Part shown: piece after piece, positions 10,138 to 20,808 of the stretch
Layout of the letters: every line of letters starts with the position of its first letter
How positions within the stretch are numbered: position 1 is the stretch's first letter
NCBI GenBank assembly: GCA_918797485.1
Contig: CAKKNE010000002.1
Span: 1,798,001 to 1,862,000 of the forward strand
DNA from: Pelagomonas calceolata
Lineage: Eukaryota
Length of the DNA stretch: 64,000 bases
Direction of reading: 5' to 3'
Notes under the pieces: model-generated
Told to the model about the DNA's origin: nothing
The model's input: the letters and a program-made list of their open reading frames with translations, nothing else
Databases searched by the model: none
Translations under genes and position numbers: made by a program

Positions 10138-11346
10138 ATGACACCACTACTATGCTGGCTGCTCACAACAAGCGCCGCGGCCACGCTCCTCGACTTAAAA
10201 CAGGAGGACACAGTATGTCAAACGAAGACGGCCGCGAGCTTCCAGCGCCACGCGCACCATTTACCAACCAAGTGGACCGCGCGCTACTCGCGCGCCGCGG
10301 CGCCCGACCGGCCTGGTAGGTACCTGGAATTGTGGGGCCGCTTCGGGCTACTGAACAATCGGTTGCGGTGCCTGGCGAATGCCGTGGGCTTCGCGGCGCG
10401 CGCCGACGCTTCGTTGGTGCTGAGCGGGCCCTGGGAGCTGTTCGCGGATGCCGCTATAGACACTGATTGGTTGATAGAATCGAGAATCGCCGACGTCGTG
10501 ATCGTGGACCGGGACCACGCCTGGCCGCCCTCCGAGTACTTCGCTAATAGAACCGTCCGCCTGAGCTGCGCGGACGCGTTCTACTGCGGCGGCGTTTGTG
10601 AGAGGGGCAAAGGCGCCCGGGATGTTAAGAGGAGGTGGCCAGGTGTAAATTGGCGAGATTTGAGAGCCGGCGGTCAAAGGATAGAGACGCGATCTTCTGA
10701 ACTGTACGCGGCACACAAGGAGCCGGCGCTCTGTGGGTATGCGGCGTTGGCACCTCAATCGCGGATCCGCGAGGCCGCCTTACAATGGCGGGCGCCCGCA
10801 TCATTCATAATAGGCCACCACCAGCGCCTCGAGACGACCGTATCCAGAGAACCCGTCGCCCAGATGTGCCACAAGGCCGCTGCATTACTGAAGGGCGCCT
10901 TCTACGGGAAAGTTTGTGACGGTCAGGCAAGGCCCGCCGACATCGCCGACGGTGGTAAAATTCTTCTGGCGAGCGACAAGTTTTTGAAGGACGTCCATGG
11001 GGCGTGGGCCGCCGATCAAAGTGTAGTGCTGGCGGCGGCGCCTTCAGAATTAACTGCGTCGGAGGCGACGACGTACAAGGGCCCCTCGGCCATGTTCAAC
11101 ACGAGATTAGGAGAGGCCCTCTACGCGCCGGGGTTTCGGGGAGGGCCGCGCGCGCGGCGCGCCGCCCTCCAGACCCAGGTCGCGCCCGTGCTCTTCGACA
11201 TGCTGCTGCTGGCCGCGCGCGCGGAGCGCTTCTGGCCGACGCCGGGCTCGACCATGTCGCAGACCGTATGCTTCTGGCGCGCGGCCTGGGGCCTGGATGG
11301 CGCCGCCGCCATCAGTTCCTGCGAGGATATTTGTGTGGCGCCCTGA
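10138..11346 (+). CDS. Secreted O-fucosyltransferase-like (GT-B) protein
   Basis: Signal peptide; FGLLNNRLRCL, IGHHQR, ILLASD and PGSTMS resemble fucosyltransferase motifs. Confidence 0.55.
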   Translation: MTPLLCWLLTTSAAATLLDLKQEDTVCQTKTAASFQRHAHHLPTKWTARYSRAAAPDRPGRYLELWGRFGLLNNRLRCLANAVGFAARADASLVLSGPWELFADAAIDTDWLIESRIADVVIVDRDHAWPPSEYFANRTVRLSCADAFYCGGVCERGKGARDVKRRWPGVNWRDLRAGGQRIETRSSELYAAHKEPALCGYAALAPQSRIREAALQWRAPASFIIGHHQRLETTVSREPVAQMCHKAAALLKGAFYGKVCDGQARPADIADGGKILLASDKFLKDVHGAWAADQSVVLAAAPSELTASEATTYKGPSAMFNTRLGEALYAPGFRGGPRARRAALQTQVAPVLFDMLLLAARAERFWPTPGSTMSQTVCFWRAAWGLDGAAAISSCEDICVAP

Positions 11347-11459
11347 ATAATCTTGTCACATGTACTTACTTACTTCGTAGTCGTCAAAAAGAGGCCGTGC
11401 GTCGCGCCCTAACTTGTCACATGTACGTACTTAACCAGGGGCCTTGTGCCCCTCACGCG

Positions 11460-12374
11460 TCAAAAGGCCGGCGACGCGACCACGGACGGTGGTCTTTCTG
11501 ATTCGTCGTCGGCCTCCTCTTCCAGATCAGGCTCCTCCTCTTCCAGCGCGCAGACCATGTGCTCGAGGAATATCTTGTCCTCGCCGCTATCGCTATCCAC
11601 GAGGTGCTGCACGCCCAGGATGCCCTGGGGCGAGACGCGCACGCACGTCTCGCGCGCGTGGGGCAGGGCCCGCATGGCGTGGAGGAACGCGCCCGTCCGG
11701 TACTTCCACCCGGTTCTCCTGGGAGGCGGCTCGAAGAGCACGAAGGCGTCGCGCGGCACGTCGATCTCCACCGTCCCCGTCGATCCTCTAGCGGAAAAGC
11801 GCGCGCGCTGGCGCCCGACGCTTAGGCGGATGTACTGCGCGGCGACGGCGGATTCATCTAAATCCTGGACGACGTCCCGCAATGCCGCCGACGCCGCGAG
11901 CAGGGTGCACGCCGGTGCGGCGGCAGCGAAGGCGTCCCTCAGGTCGTCCTGGAACAGGTCCTCGTCGTCGCCCGCGTCGAGCGCGCACAGGTCGCACGCC
12001 GTGAAGGCCCCCGGTTCTTCCAACGTCAGCTTGACGATCTCGTCGCGCTGGGCATACGATAAACTCACGTCGCAGTCGCCTAAGATGCGGAGGCAATCCA
12101 CCAACCCGCCCCCGTCCAGCGAGAGCGCGAGGGCCTCCTGGTCCGCGCCATCCACAAACTCGTTGTCGTGCTCGTCGCGTGCCTCGTAGGCCTGGAAGCA
12201 CCCTGAGGGGAACGTGAGCCGCGCGCGCGTCGTCTTGCTCCTTCCTAGGACATGGAACTCGACGTTCGCCGCGTCGACGACGACGTGCACCGCGTCGTCC
12301 GAATTCTGCATGAGCAGGCACTCGAGGAGCGCCGCCATCTGGTCGGCGCGGTCGAGGCGCGCGCAGAAGCTCAT
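11460..12374 (-). CDS. RAD1: Checkpoint clamp (9-1-1) subunit Rad1/Rec1
   Basis: MSFCARLD, ARLTFPSGCFQAY, LVDCLRILG, KLTLEE, GSTGTVEIDVP, ETCVRVSPQGILGVQH, acidic tail. ATG at 12374. Confidence 0.85.
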   Translation of the reverse strand: MSFCARLDRADQMAALLECLLMQNSDDAVHVVVDAANVEFHVLGRSKTTRARLTFPSGCFQAYEARDEHDNEFVDGADQEALALSLDGGGLVDCLRILGDCDVSLSYAQRDEIVKLTLEEPGAFTACDLCALDAGDDEDLFQDDLRDAFAAAAPACTLLAASAALRDVVQDLDESAVAAQYIRLSVGRQRARFSARGSTGTVEIDVPRDAFVLFEPPPRRTGWKYRTGAFLHAMRALPHARETCVRVSPQGILGVQHLVDSDSGEDKIFLEHMVCALEEEEPDLEEEADDESERPPSVVASPAF

Positions 12375-12391
12375 CCTCGCGATGAGGATCG

Positions 12392-12469
12392 GTCGGGGCG
12401 CTCGTATTTCGCAGCGATTCGGATCTATAAGTCGGGGCGCTCGTAAGGCGCAGCGATTCGGATCTATAA
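12392..12469. repeat. 39-bp tandem repeat, 2 copies
   Basis: gtcggggcgctcgta(ttt/agg)cgcagcgattcggatctataa twice, immediately upstream of the RAD1 ATG. Confidence 0.9.
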
Positions 12470-12640
12470 GGCGCGCGCGCGCGGATTTGTTCCGGTCTGG
12501 GGTGCCAGATCCAGGCGCCAAATGCGTGTAAGCGCCCCAGCGATGGAGAATCTCGGCGCTACGCTGCAGACTTCCGACCTACGATCCGTGCGTCCCTCTG
12601 CTGCGGCCGTCCTGTATTTTGAAAGGCTGTGCGCTCCGCG

Positions 12641-13797
12641 CACAGGCCACGGCGCTAGCGATTTGTGCACACACTAGCCCTCCGTGTGCGCCGTGTGCGC
12701 GCGAAATAAAAATCGCTCCGTTTCACACGTGGGGCTACGAGGGGTGTCCTTGGACCTCGAACGACTGCGCGCAGGCTTCACACACGGAAAAAAACGCGCG
12801 CGCGCATGATTTTAGCCAAAAGCGCTGCGATGCCTACGATCGGTCACGGCCGCCCGTAAACGCCGCGCGGACTCATTTCGCGCCACGGGACAGTTGCCGA
12901 CCATACATACAACACGTCCGTTGCGCCAGCATGACTTATAACACTCTTTAGGACTCGCACACACCCATGCGCCGAGACGCGTTTTCGCACAAGTGCAGTG
13001 CGCGGATGAAAACCAGCCACTGATCGCTATGACGCGCTGTGGAGTCGCATCGCTCGCTATACGTGATCATGGCAACTGTGGTGCTCCGCCAAACTGGCGG
13101 AATCGATCGTCGCGGCTCGTGCGGTCGTCGGGTGGCCGTCCGCGAATGCGCGACCCGGCTCCCGTCCGCTCTAGGCCTACTAGGGAGGCCCTATGGGCGC
13201 GTCGGGTTGGGCTGTAGGGCGTTTGTTCCTTTCTGGGGCCGGGAGTGGCCAGTAGGTCCCATAGAAAGAGTCCCTGAGAAACCCGTTTAGTATATTTAAG
13301 AAATTGAATTTTAGGAAACAAAGGCGCTAAATGCCCCGACAGGCGGTTTCCGAGCCGATAGAAGCGCTCGCGACGCTCCACGAGTGCTGTGCGACCGCGC
13401 GCGTAGCGCGCATCCATCTGTTCGGCACTTTTGCGATTGCGCGTTCGTTCTCGACTCGATGCGCCGGGCCGGCACGGCTCACAAAATCCTTTGAAGTCGC
13501 GTCAGAGGTTTCGCTGCGTCCCAGAACTCACGCGAAACGATGCCGTGGGCCTCAAAGTTCGCAAAAACGGAAGGGCGTGAAAAATTGCATCTCGGCGATT
13601 CTCGGCGAACGCGTCTTTCGCGCACAGCGCGCGTCTAGAACCGTTTACAGCTAGAATTTTTGGCGTCGCGGCGCCCTAGGATGTCTGGCAGCTGCTGCGC
13701 GCGGTTGCAGCGCGCGAACGTAGAGTTCGCGGCCGTCGAAAGGCCTCGAGAGCAGTCGTGCCAAAATCCGTCCAAATCGCTAGCGCCGTGGCCTGTG
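12641..13797. mobile_element. Non-autonomous TIR DNA transposon (~1.16 kb), CACAG termini, possible CG target-site duplication
   Basis: Perfect inverted repeat cacaggccacggcgctagcgatttg (12641-12665) versus caaatcgctagcgccgtggcctgtg (13773-13797), flanked by cg on both sides. No credible internal ORF. Confidence 0.75.
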
Positions 13798-13803
13798 CGG
13801 CTT

Positions 13804-13920
13804 CACATGAGGCCTGTGCTGCACACGCAAAAACACGGCTGGCGGCTCCGCTGCGCAGCTTCGCTGCTCCGCTTCGCTCGCCAACCGTGTTTTTGCGTGT
13901 GCAGCACATGGCCTCATGTG
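13804..13920. mobile_element. 117-bp hairpin/MITE-like element
   Basis: About 42-bp inverted arms cacatgaggcc(a)tgtgctgcacacgcaaaaacacgg(c/t)tggcg, differing by one indel and one mismatch. Confidence 0.7.
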
Positions 13921-14061
13921 CAGCCCGCGCGCGCCCTGGTGCCTGCTAGTGTCTCACACCGCTAGCTCTGAGCCAGAAACGTAGAAGAACGAAGAGCCTT
14001 ACTTAGTGGCTTGTGTAGTGGTGGCGCCGTCGCCGTGTGCGACGGCTACCGACGACGGCGC

Positions 14062-14205
14062 TCACTCGAGCCAGTCGCGCGCCACGATCGCCTCCTCGAC
14101 GAAGTGCGCGCGCTCGTCGTGGAAGTCCCGGACCCAGCGCTCGATCTCCCCGGGCGGGAGCATCAGCGCGCCGGGGGCGTTCGGGTCCTCGCTCGCGTTC
14201 TCCAT
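14062..14205 (-). CDS. Possible 47-aa small protein (MENASEDPNAPGALMLPPGEIERWVRDF...)
   Basis: ATG to TGA with GC3-rich codon usage, divergent from COG7 across a dyad motif. No recognised domain. Confidence 0.35.
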   Translation of the reverse strand: MENASEDPNAPGALMLPPGEIERWVRDFHDERAHFVEEAIVARDWLE

Positions 14206-14410
14206 TTTCTTTTTGGGTCGGCGCGGCGCTGTCTCAATCCGTTATAACTCGTTGACCTTCGATTTGTTGCTATTTGCGGCGTCTCTCGCGATTGAGGTGG
14301 CGCCCGCCCTATTTTGGATGGACGTCTGGTTCCTCAGACTCACCTCACGCGACCTGTGACGAATTGAATGACCGTAAGGCGCCGCGCCGGCGCGCCGGAG
14401 CCCGAGTTAA

Positions 14411-14434
14411 GCTAGCGGACTGTAAGACACTAGC
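14411..14434 (+). promoter_or_regulatory. CTAG-dyad intergenic motif
   Basis: gctagcggactgtaagacactagc, about 105 bp upstream of COG7. Confidence 0.7.
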
Positions 14435-14539
14435 AAGCTGGGCTTAGGGACCAAAAAAAACATACTGCCTGTCGGCTGTAGGACAGCACGCACCCGCATC
14501 GCTGCGCAAGCGGGCCGTCACGCATCACTAAACCCAAAA

Positions 14540-17107
14540 ATGGTAGGGGAGGAGGACGCGGCGGCCTGGGTGAATGCCGTCCTTGCGGAGGCGGCGGCCG
14601 ACGGCGGCACGGTCGACTCGCGCATCGCCTCGGTCTCGCTCAAGCTGCAGACGATGAGCGCGGACCTTCACGCGGACGTCGACGCGGACATGCGCGCGCT
14701 GCTGGCGGCGGCGCCGCGCGCGGTCGGCGAGATCGAGGACCTGCAGGCGGCGCTCCAGCGCGTCCAGGACGAGCTCGCGGCCGTGGACGCGCGCGTGGCG
14801 CGCGCGGTGCGCAACGCGACCGAGGCGGCCACGCTCGAGGAGCTCGACCGGCTGCGCGAGCACCTCGAGGCCGTGGGCGCGACGCTCGTCGAGGCGGCGT
14901 CGTGGCAGGCGGCGTCGCGCGCGGCGGCGGACGCGCTGGGCGCGTTCCTCGCGGACCGCGGCGCGGCCGACTGGGCGCCGGCGGCCGGCGGCGTCGCGGA
15001 GAAGCTCGAGAAGATGGAGCGGGCCGAGAAGGTGCTAAGGACGCTGCCCGAGGCCGACGCGCGGCGCGCGGCCGTCGACCGCGTGCGCGAGGACCTCGAG
15101 CGCGCGCTCGCGCCGCGGCTCGAGGCCGTGCTCCGCGCCGGCGAGGCCGACAAGCTGCCGGGCCTCTACGCCCTCTACGAGCGCCTCGGCCTCGGCGACG
15201 CCTTCCGGCGCACCTACGCGGAAGCGCGCCCCTTCGCGGCCCGAAATGTGTGGTTCGCGGGCGACGGCGGCGGCGCGCTCGCGCCCCGGCTGGCGGCGTT
15301 CCTCGACGCGCTGCTCGCGGAGGCGATCGCGGAGCGCGCGGCGTGCGAGCGGTGGGCCGCCGCGGACCGGGCGGCGGAGGTCGCGGCGCGCGTCGCGCGC
15401 GCGGCGTGCGCGCCGCTCGCGCCGTCGCTCGCCGAGGCGCTGCGCGGCGCGGCGGCGGCGAGCCTCGACGACTGCGCGGCGTGCGCCGACGCCTGCGAGC
15501 GCTTCGTCGTGGACCTGGCGCGGGGCCTGGGCCTCGACGCGGGCGGCGCGCTCGTGCTCGACGCGGGCCACGCGCTCGTCGACGCCTTCGCCTTCTTCGC
15601 GGCGCCGGCGCCGGCGGCGCCGGGCGCGCAGACGACGACGCTCTACGGCGCGCTCGAGGGCGCGGCGCTCGCGCGCGCCGCGGCCGCGGACGCGGCCGCG
15701 TGCCGCGACGCCGGCGCGGACACGGACAGCGACGCGGCCGCCTTCCGGGCGACGGTCGCGGCGGCGCGGCGCTGCGCGGCGCGGGCCGGCGGCGTCGGGG
15801 ATGCCGCGCTGCGGCGCTGCGCGGCGCTGACGGGCGGCGCCGCCGCGCGCGACTGCGCGGCGGCCGTCCGCGCGGCGCGCGTCGCGAGCTGCCGCGGCCT
15901 CGCGCGGCTCTTCGCCGACTGCCGCGAGGCGCTCGTGCCCGCGGCGAGCGGCCTGCCGCGCGACCCGTCGCTGCTGAGCGACTGCTGGGCGCACGCGCGC
16001 GAGGCGGTCTACGCGCTCGACGTCGCCGGCGTCCTGGCGCGCGACGCGCGCGCCTGGCCCGACGCGGCCCAGCGCGCCTTCGACGCCTGGCGCGCGGACG
16101 GCGCCGACGCGCCGCCGGCCGCCGCGGGCCTCGCGCCGCCGCCGCCGCTGCCGCCCGTGGCGCGCCGCGCCGCGCGCCGCGCCGGCGCCGGCGCGGCTGC
16201 GGCGCCGCCGCGCGTCGTCGCGGAGTCGCCCTTCGCGCGCGTCGCCGTGGACCGCGCCCTGGACGCCGTCGCGGCCGAGGCGTGCGCGCTCGCGTTCGAG
16301 TGCGCGTTCGCGCCGGTGCGCCGCGCGCTGCGCGCCTACTCGGCGACGCGCGCGGCGCCCGACCCGCCGGGCGCCACGACCTACTGCCGGCCCGTCGCCT
16401 GGGCCGCGGGCGCCGCCGCCGCGCCGCCGCCGCCGCCGACCGACGTCGCGACGTTCGTCGGCGAGCACCTCATGTCGGCGCTGCGGCACCTCGAGCCCTT
16501 CCTCGAGTCGCCGGCGGCGCGGACGGCGTCGCTGCTGCGCCTCGAGGCGCTCGGCCGCCTCACGGACCAGCGCGAGTGGGCCGGCGTCGCCGCCGCGCCG
16601 GGCCTCGACGCGGGCGACCGCCGCGCGCTCGTCGCGCTGGGCGGCGCCGTCGCCGACGAGGACGGCGGTGCGGCGCCGGCGCCGGCGGACGCCGACGCGG
16701 CGACGCGCTTCTGCGCGGCGTGGCTGGCCGTGCTCGTCCGCGCGACGGCCGCGGCCGTCGTCGACGAGGCGCTGCGGGTGCGCGCGCTGGACGCGGGCGG
16801 CTTCGCGCAGCTGGCCGCCGACGCCGCCTACCTGCTGAACGTGGCCCGCGCGCTCAACGCGCCGCGGCCCGCCGCGCTGGCGCGGCTCGCGACCATCGCG
16901 GCCGCGGCCGCGGCCGGCGAGGCCTCGAATCCGCTCGGCGGGTCGTCGGGCTCCGTCGAATCCCTCCTCGCGAAGATCGAAGCCGTGCTCGTGGCGAAGG
17001 GGTCCGCCGCCGACGAGGAGGAGTGGGAGGTGGTCCCTGCCGCGGCTGGTGAAGTCGCGCCGGCAGACGTGCCGGTAGACGTGCCGGCAGCGGCGGGCGC
17101 GGAGTAA
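14540..17107 (+). CDS. COG7: Conserved oligomeric Golgi complex subunit 7-like
   Basis: N-terminal DAAAWVNAVL...SLKLQ...PRAVGEI, LVEAASW, and C-terminal TFVGEHLMS..HLEPF, QLAADAAYLLNV..AL match the COG7 pattern. Confidence 0.8.
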   Translation: MVGEEDAAAWVNAVLAEAAADGGTVDSRIASVSLKLQTMSADLHADVDADMRALLAAAPRAVGEIEDLQAALQRVQDELAAVDARVARAVRNATEAATLEELDRLREHLEAVGATLVEAASWQAASRAAADALGAFLADRGAADWAPAAGGVAEKLEKMERAEKVLRTLPEADARRAAVDRVREDLERALAPRLEAVLRAGEADKLPGLYALYERLGLGDAFRRTYAEARPFAARNVWFAGDGGGALAPRLAAFLDALLAEAIAERAACERWAAADRAAEVAARVARAACAPLAPSLAEALRGAAAASLDDCAACADACERFVVDLARGLGLDAGGALVLDAGHALVDAFAFFAAPAPAAPGAQTTTLYGALEGAALARAAAADAAACRDAGADTDSDAAAFRATVAAARRCAARAGGVGDAALRRCAALTGGAAARDCAAAVRAARVASCRGLARLFADCREALVPAASGLPRDPSLLSDCWAHAREAVYALDVAGVLARDARAWPDAAQRAFDAWRADGADAPPAAAGLAPPPPLPPVARRAARRAGAGAAAAPPRVVAESPFARVAVDRALDAVAAEACALAFECAFAPVRRALRAYSATRAAPDPPGATTYCRPVAWAAGAAAAPPPPPTDVATFVGEHLMSALRHLEPFLESPAARTASLLRLEALGRLTDQREWAGVAAAPGLDAGDRRALVALGGAVADEDGGAAPAPADADAATRFCAAWLAVLVRATAAAVVDEALRVRALDAGGFAQLAADAAYLLNVARALNAPRPAALARLATIAAAAAAGEASNPLGGSSGSVESLLAKIEAVLVAKGSAADEEEWEVVPAAAGEVAPADVPVDVPAAAGAE

Positions 17108-18329
17108 TATGAGTAATTGGGATGGATTGGTCGTTCGACGAGACCGTTTAGCGGCCCAGGAACGCGTCGCATCTATCAATAATACCTAGCGTATCGACAT
17201 TCTAGCAAATTCAAAGATACGCTTCGATAGCGTCAAAAGAATGACCCAAATTCAGAATACATCCTAGTCGTTCGCCGCGCCCAAATATTTCAGAGTAGCG
17301 GCCCGGGAACATACCCTCGCGCCTCCCGGAAGGCACCGCCCGCGACATTCGCGGATGAGTCTTACGAGTTGCCAAAGTAGACCAGCGCTTGACGCCGCCA
17401 TCTACCGTCCAAATGGTACATTATATCAACTCCAGCCCAGTTTTCATACACAATCGACGGAACCGGAGCCGACGGCCCGCGCTCGGAGGGCGGGAGAAGA
17501 ATTCTACTAGACAACTCTCGTGTTTATGTTCGTTTCCTTCCGTTTGTTAGTGTTACAGTCCATCTAGGCCGATTGAACACGTACTCATCTATTTTAGATA
17601 CTCCGTTAGAGCCGCGCGAAACTGCGATTCGGGAGCCCTACGTTTTTACAAAGACGGCCGCAAAACCTAAACCTGCGAGTATCAGCGACGCCACTATCCA
17701 GATGGATCATAACGCCGTTGTTCTATTCACGATCGACCGACTTGCCCGTTCTCCGCGGACGACGGTGCGTACGCGGGGCACTGAATTGGCCCCAGACCGG
17801 TGGTTTATAAAATAAATTTGCGTTTCAGGCGCTTTGGTTACGGGACGGGCCAGATAACCGGCCTGACTGCCTACTACATTGCTCCGAGACCCAAAGATGC
17901 TCGGCGCGGGTCAGTAGAAGGGGGCGCTTTTAGACTATTATGGCAAGTTACCTTTTGGCGGATAACGCCCCACTAGCCGGGGTCGCGGGGTCCCCGAGGG
18001 AGTGGGTGTTGATCCCGGCCTACTCGGAGAGGCCGTGGAAGAGTCCTGAGAAGGGTGCCCATCCTCTGCTCCCCCGCAGCGAAGAGAGCGCGTAGTGCCC
18101 TCGGCGCGTAGACGACGAGGCGCACGACAGCATGAGCTGAACCTTGAAACACTAGCAGGTACTGCTGGCCTGGACCATCCTGCATGGAACGTGTTCGCGG
18201 TTCGGAATTGCCGACGATTACGATCGAGTTGAGACGTCGCAGCAGATGCGGCGTCGATAGGGTGCAAATGCAACATTCAGCAAGGTATAATATGGCCATT
18301 ATGAGTTTGCTTCATGCCATTCGCACCAG

Positions 18330-18355
<26 letters not shown>
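18330..18355. repeat. (TA)n microsatellite
   Basis: About 13 TA units. Confidence 0.95.
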
Positions 18356-18363
<8 letters not shown>

Positions 18364-19950
18364 ATGGATAGAAATATTGAGGAAGTGAAGGCCGCGACTG
18401 TAGAACACCGGGCAGCCACACAGCCGCGCGCGGCGCCCGCCGCCAGGCGGCGGGCGCCGCACACAACGGCGCAGCCGCGCGCGGCGGCGCGCGGCGGCAC
18501 CTCCATTAAGCAGCCCGCTCCGAGGGCCGCACGTCCCGCGCCGGGCCCTCCGGCGGGCGCCCAGTCATAACGTCGACGGAGCGCGCGAAGCGATCGCGGT
18601 CCTCGGCTGCAGTCATGGCATTGGCCGGGTTCTCGCCGGAGCGGACAAACCGAGCGTCGATCTCGTTTGCCTCGAGCGCGTCGAAGATAAAGCCCAAGTG
18701 CACACGGATGTGACGCGACCTCGCGGATAGGTCGCGACGCTTCAGCTGTAGAAGTACGGAGTTGTTGTCGCAATGAACAATGGTCGGCGGTAGCGTGACA
18801 CCGACTAGAAATGTGATGAGATGGCGTAATGCTAAAACCTGGCGAATCACCTGTACAAGCGCATAGAGCTCGGCCTCGAAGGTCGACAGAGCAGTTGCCC
18901 CTTGTACAGCGGAGAAGGCGCTTACGACAGCCATGTTGAGCGTAATGAAGCCACCGCTTCTAGATTTGCAATAACCAGATGCTGTGTGATGTATCTCACG
19001 CCCATGAGATGCGTCGCACCACGCCTCAAGTCTGATTTCACTATTGTTTAACCGCTGGAAGAGCAGCCCGAGATCCGTCGTGCCTACCAGATAACGCAAA
19101 CTCCTCTGAAGAGCTGCGCGGTGACCCGGGCAAGGCGCCTCGGGGCAGCTCGCGGACGGCGCAGACACTGTGGCCAGGACGCCGACCGAGAAGAGAAGAT
19201 CCGGACGTGTACGTGTAGCGATGTACATGAGCATGCCGAGGACCGACCGAAACTTCGCCGAATCAAAGGCCGCCGCGCCCTTGGGTAGGCCGCCACTTGG
19301 AGCCTCTATAACACTTGCAGTAAAGTCTGTAGGGAGCGGTGTCTTGACCGGTTTGGCGTCGCTCATTTCGAGGCGCTCAAGTATCTTTTCTGAATAGCCT
19401 CGCTGCGTGACTCGCACGCGACCGGCTCCTGCATCATGGTCTATTTCCATGCCAAGATAATTGGTGCCTGAATCAGTGATTGGTACAAGCGTCTTGAGTG
19501 TAGTTTTGACTCGATGGCAAAGTTCTTGATTGCCCATCATTAGAATGTCATCAACATATAGGAGAATGATGCAAACCGTAAAATATTTTTAACAAAGGTC
19601 AAAGGACCGATAACAAAGGTCAGTCCCCAGCAAAGTGAGGAATCCGCTTTGCTAAAAACTATTTTGCTTTTTTTAGCATGGTAGTTGTCTGCGCACTGCT
19701 GGGGACCTGTACTGATTTGTATCCACCGATGGAAGCACTGGTACATGCGGCGTAGGCGCTTGCCCACGTCTAGTACCGACCCTATTCGACCCCCGGGAGA
19801 CCCCAGGGCCGCGAATGGACAGGATTTCACAACTTGAGCCGCCCCACTACACGGCGAATCCGACGCGCGCGCCGGCGGTTCAGAAGTAGCTCTCAAAAAG
19901 AAGTCCATGGACATGCCCCCACCCAACGCCGTCGACGCGCCATTCAAGAA
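18355..19950 (-). mobile_element. Degenerate Ty1/copia LTR retrotransposon remnant (RT-RNase H; possible short 3' LTR 18355-18499)
   Basis: YVDD at 19547-19558 is in frame with ORF 18506-19540, which has YLGMEI, TRPDL, WCDASH, SRSG, ALSTFEAE, CDNNS and RSRHI. A stop/frameshift lies just upstream of YVDD. No gag or integrase seen. Confidence 0.9.
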
Positions 19951-20239
19951 AAAAGCAACAGCCTTAGAAGGGCACCCCCCTAAACTGCACCCGTCTAGGC
20001 GCCTCCAGGTCCCGCGGGTCGCCCGTCCGGTCCGCGCCCGTCTCTTGCGCCACCCGCGCCCCGCTGGCGGCGAGCTAAGGAGCGAGCCAAGCGCTCGCGA
20101 GCAAGGGACGCACTAGCGAGCATACGATGCGCTAGCGAGCAAACGACGCGGAATCGGACAACCCGAGTATCGACCGGCTCCACGAACCTTCGAACCACAA
20201 CAAGTCAACAACCACACAATTTCCGCGAGGGCCGCGGCA

Positions 20240-20569
20240 CTAGGCGAGCGTCATCTCAATGTCGCCGCCTGTGGCATCGTCTTCGTTCAGGCGGACCCGC
20301 GCGTAGCGCCGCGGCGGCTCCTTGGCGCCGAGCGCCGCGAGGACGCGCCGCGCGGAGAAGGGGCCGCCGCCGCCGCCGTCGGCGTCGTAGGCGATCGACG
20401 CGCACCAGCAGGCGGCCGCGCAGGCGCAGGCGCAGCAGGCCCCGAGGACGAAGGCGCCCAGCGCGACGGTCGCGAGGGCCTGGCGCACGGCGCCGGGGTC
20501 GAGCGGCGCGTCTGCGGCCGCGGCGCGGCAGACGACGCCGCCCAAGAGGGCGAGCCGCCGCGGTGGCAT
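20240..20569 (-). CDS. Small single-pass membrane protein with Cys-rich juxtamembrane segment (intact copy)
   Basis: Signal-like N-terminus, TM segment LATVALGAFVLGACCACAC, tail RYARVRL...DIEMT. Conserved in the second copy. Confidence 0.65.
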   Translation of the reverse strand: MPPRRLALLGGVVCRAAAADAPLDPGAVRQALATVALGAFVLGACCACACAAACWCASIAYDADGGGGGPFSARRVLAALGAKEPPRRYARVRLNEDDATGGDIEMTLA

Positions 20570-20690
20570 AGGCCCGAGCCCTCGAAACAAAAATCACCGC
20601 AAACCCGAAAGTTAGCCAAGTAGCATTCATATGCAGGCGCCGACCCAATCCTCCCATCGCGTCCTCGGGAGCCCTCACTCCCGGGACAGT

Positions 20691-20808
20691 GCGAGCGCTC
20701 AGATCATAGGGAGAGCACCGATACCCGTCAGCTCATCGAAGTTAAGCCCTATCGAGCCCGGTTAGTACTACGGTGGGTGACCACGTTGGAATCCCGGGTA
20801 GCGCTCTC
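20691..20808 (+). rRNA. 5S rRNA: 5S ribosomal RNA (copy 1)
   Basis: 118 nt; terminal helix GAGCGCT/AGCGCTC; conserved GAAGTTAAGC, GGTTAGTACTACGGTGGGTGACC and GGAATCCCGGGT; followed by Pol III terminator T-tracts. Confidence 0.92.

Noticed and set aside
11352..11430. cttgtcacatgtac direct repeat in a convergent intergenic region
   Set aside because: Only two short copies and not seen elsewhere in the window, so no function can be supported.
12600..14000. Short ORFs inside the TIR element
   Set aside because: No codon bias, no transposase motifs, and mostly non-ATG starts.
19540..19947. Independent 135-aa gene
   Set aside because: It is the frameshifted, degenerate upstream part of the copia RT; YVDD lies in the other frame.
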